Shown here in pieces: positions 61,753 through 64,000 of a DNA stretch of 64,000 nucleotides. This DNA is from Podarcis liolepis (taxonomy: Eukaryota): the NCBI GenBank assembly GCA_965112155.1, contig OZ218099.1. The stretch is one strand, 5' to 3'. The translations under genes were made by a program, and so were the position numbers. The stretch's first letter is position 1, and every line of letters starts with the position of its first letter. Below the pieces are notes generated by a model, which was given only the letters and a program-made list of their open reading frames with translations, ran no database searches and was not told the DNA's origin.

Positions 61753-64000
61753 TACAGTCTGATAAGGTACAGCCATGGGCTGTGTACACACTTGTTGAAC
61801 ACATAGTCCCAGGAGAGAATCATTCATGCTTGTTGTCAACATGCTGCTTTTAGTCTAGATTTATTCTTGATCTTGCTGCCCACAAGGGAAGATGTAGTTA
61901 CTTAATACTCATTTTAAAACCCTCCCTTTGGTTAGGTTAGCCACAACCCCCTCCCCTATAGATGCCCGAGTGAATGAAGGAAGAAATGGTGATTGCGATC
62001 TTGGTGTTCGTCAGCTCGTGTCGTTGGGTAGGTGTGGAGACAATAGTCATTGCCAGGACCGCCTACATCTGTTTTCAAATGGACACACTGCAGGGCAATG
62101 CGGAATCAATTTGCAATTAGCTTTTATTTTCAGAACGAAACCAGTTTCTCAAGAAATGCTTTTCAGGGGTGCCAAAAGTATACAATAGATTGTGTGCGTG
62201 CTACGTAGGGAAAAAACCAATTACTTATCAAAGGATTCTTGAATAAAATGTTGTGTGTACATAGATGAGTCAGCATGAGATGAACCAGGGAGCCAGACCT
62301 AAGCACACCAGGGCTACAAAACCTTGTTGCTCAAGTAGGACCCAGCCCAAACAGGAGGTCTTTACAGCTTCCTGTCCAGGAGAAACCAACAGCTCGCCTT
62401 GGTGGGCAGAACAATCCAAAGTCTGCAAATATTTCACTTCCTGGAAGATGTTCCACCCTGCACTTCTGGCTGTTCAGCATATGGGGCCACTGCACACAGA
62501 ACCAAAGGTTCCTGGTTCTAACGCAGAATGGGTTTTATTTAGGAATGGTTGCACAACCAGCTCCATCAAGACATCAGGCACCACTATGGAAAGACACATT
62601 TAGCACTTGCTGGGTCCACCAAGTTGACCCTACTCAGCTAGCTCAAATTACCCATGTAGGGCAGGGGCTGAGAGAGACCATGCTGTGGGCTGAACTACAC
62701 CAGACACCTTGTCCGTGTCTGATTGCTCCAGATAAAGTGAGTTCCTATGTCCACAGGTGTACAAATATTAAAAACTATGCCTGCACTTCTTTTTATGGAC
62801 TCAATTAAAGGAAGAAGATATCACCCCCACAAGGATGGAAACACGGCTGTGTTTTAAGGCTAATTGCCAGTTTGCAGCACTAAGTTGTCACTCCCCACCC
62901 CCACTTCCTTCCTGCAATATCCCAACCACTGCTAACTCTGCAAATCTGGTGTTCCGTGGTGCGAAATGGCACACAGCTGAACAAGATGGAATTAAAAATG
63001 TACCTTTCATTCCTCCCAGTGGCTTTGTCACTTCTGGCAGAAGCATTTTCAATCCATCAACATCATAGCGAGAATTAGAACAAGGCTGGCCCATTTCCCC
63101 CCGAATGAGAAAAGCCATGTTGTTTCAAGAAAACTGCACTGACTAGTTTGAAAACATTCAGGAAACTTCAGGGATCTCTTGTGGTTCACAGCCACCCATG
63201 AATTTCAGCTGGACCTCCTTGAGCCGACACTGTAAAAGTTCTGAACTGAACATCAAACTGTGTTCAGGGATGCATATTTCACCCATGCACCTGGAAAAGT
63301 CTCAAGAGCCTAGGAAGAAAGTTTCCTGGCTACTAGAAAGCCACATGGAGGACAAAGCCCCATTGGTAGGGTTCACCTAAGCCTCCCACCTTCACCCTTT
63401 TCACTGCAAGGCAAAAAGAGGAAGAGTAGCTGTTGGAACAACCTTAAATTGCCAACGTCTGCTCCCTGCGATGGATAACCCATACCCTGGTGACCTCCTT
63501 GACCCCTCACCTTGAGGAATTCCAGTGGAGTCTCCTTCAGGTAAGGGATGGTGGGAAGGTGAGAACCATTTTACTCTCACTAATGGCCAGACTCAGGAAA
63601 GGGGAACTGAGCAGAGAGAGGGGAGGGAGAGTAGATGGTGGAACCAATCCCAACCACTCTTTCTAATCTCATCCTGTAGCAATCAGATTGCTTGACCTTA
63701 TTTTACATATGTAACCTGCACCAAAAAAATAAAACCCTCTATGGGCTCTTCTAGAATAGGTATCTAATGTGGAATGAACACACCTCATTCACTCACATTT
63801 TGCAGGTGGTCCAGAAGATGTTGTGGGATGTAATCTACTGGGAGCAGTCAAGTACAGCATTCCTTGGTTTGCTAGAGTGGACATGCAAGGGAATTTTTGG
63901 TCCAGCCAGTCGAAACTTCCTGTTCCCCCTGTTCTGGAGCATCCTTCCTTGCATGTGACTAGTAGTTGGACATGACCTTCCCAGACCTGGTAAAAGGCCA

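Noticed and set aside
37700-64000. Additional protein-coding gene upstream of TRH
   Set aside because: No ORF in the track resembles a known protein apart from TE fragments, and I could not build a consistent exon chain. Small exons or lncRNAs cannot be excluded by eye.

Overview
Eukaryotic (vertebrate) genomic DNA, almost certainly a squamate. Five Sauria SINEs, a BovB LINE and CR1/L2/hAT/Tc1-mariner MITEs are present, and the SINE resembles the lacertid type, so a lacertid lizard is likely (inference). There are two spliced protein-coding genes, both on the minus strand. RBSN (rabenosyn-5/ZFYVE20) has 11 coding exons from 11976 to 1850, encodes 791 aa by my exon join, and has a CpG-island promoter at about 15.4-16.3 kb. 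TRH (prepro-thyrotropin-releasing hormone) has 3 exons, encodes 267 aa with 8 Gln-His-Pro-Gly progenitor copies, and has a TATA promoter at about 36.7 kb. The rest, including all of 37-64 kb, is intergenic and rich in transposable elements; I found no other supportable exons there. The most unusual object lies between the two genes at 20240-20501. It is a single retroposed insert made of a near full-length U2 snRNA copy joined through a short A-ending linker to the first ~45 nt of U6 snRNA, and it is bracketed by an exact 11-bp target-site duplication. Other points of note are a stop-free in-frame 78-nt RBSN intron just before the FYVE domain, a uATG-dense RBSN leader, a Lys-Lys TRH cassette, a duplicated CCAAT/GC-box unit around a hAT insertion in the RBSN promoter, and a Tc1/mariner-type element sitting at the centre of a host palindrome. 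All family assignments are by recognition from memory, with no database searches run.
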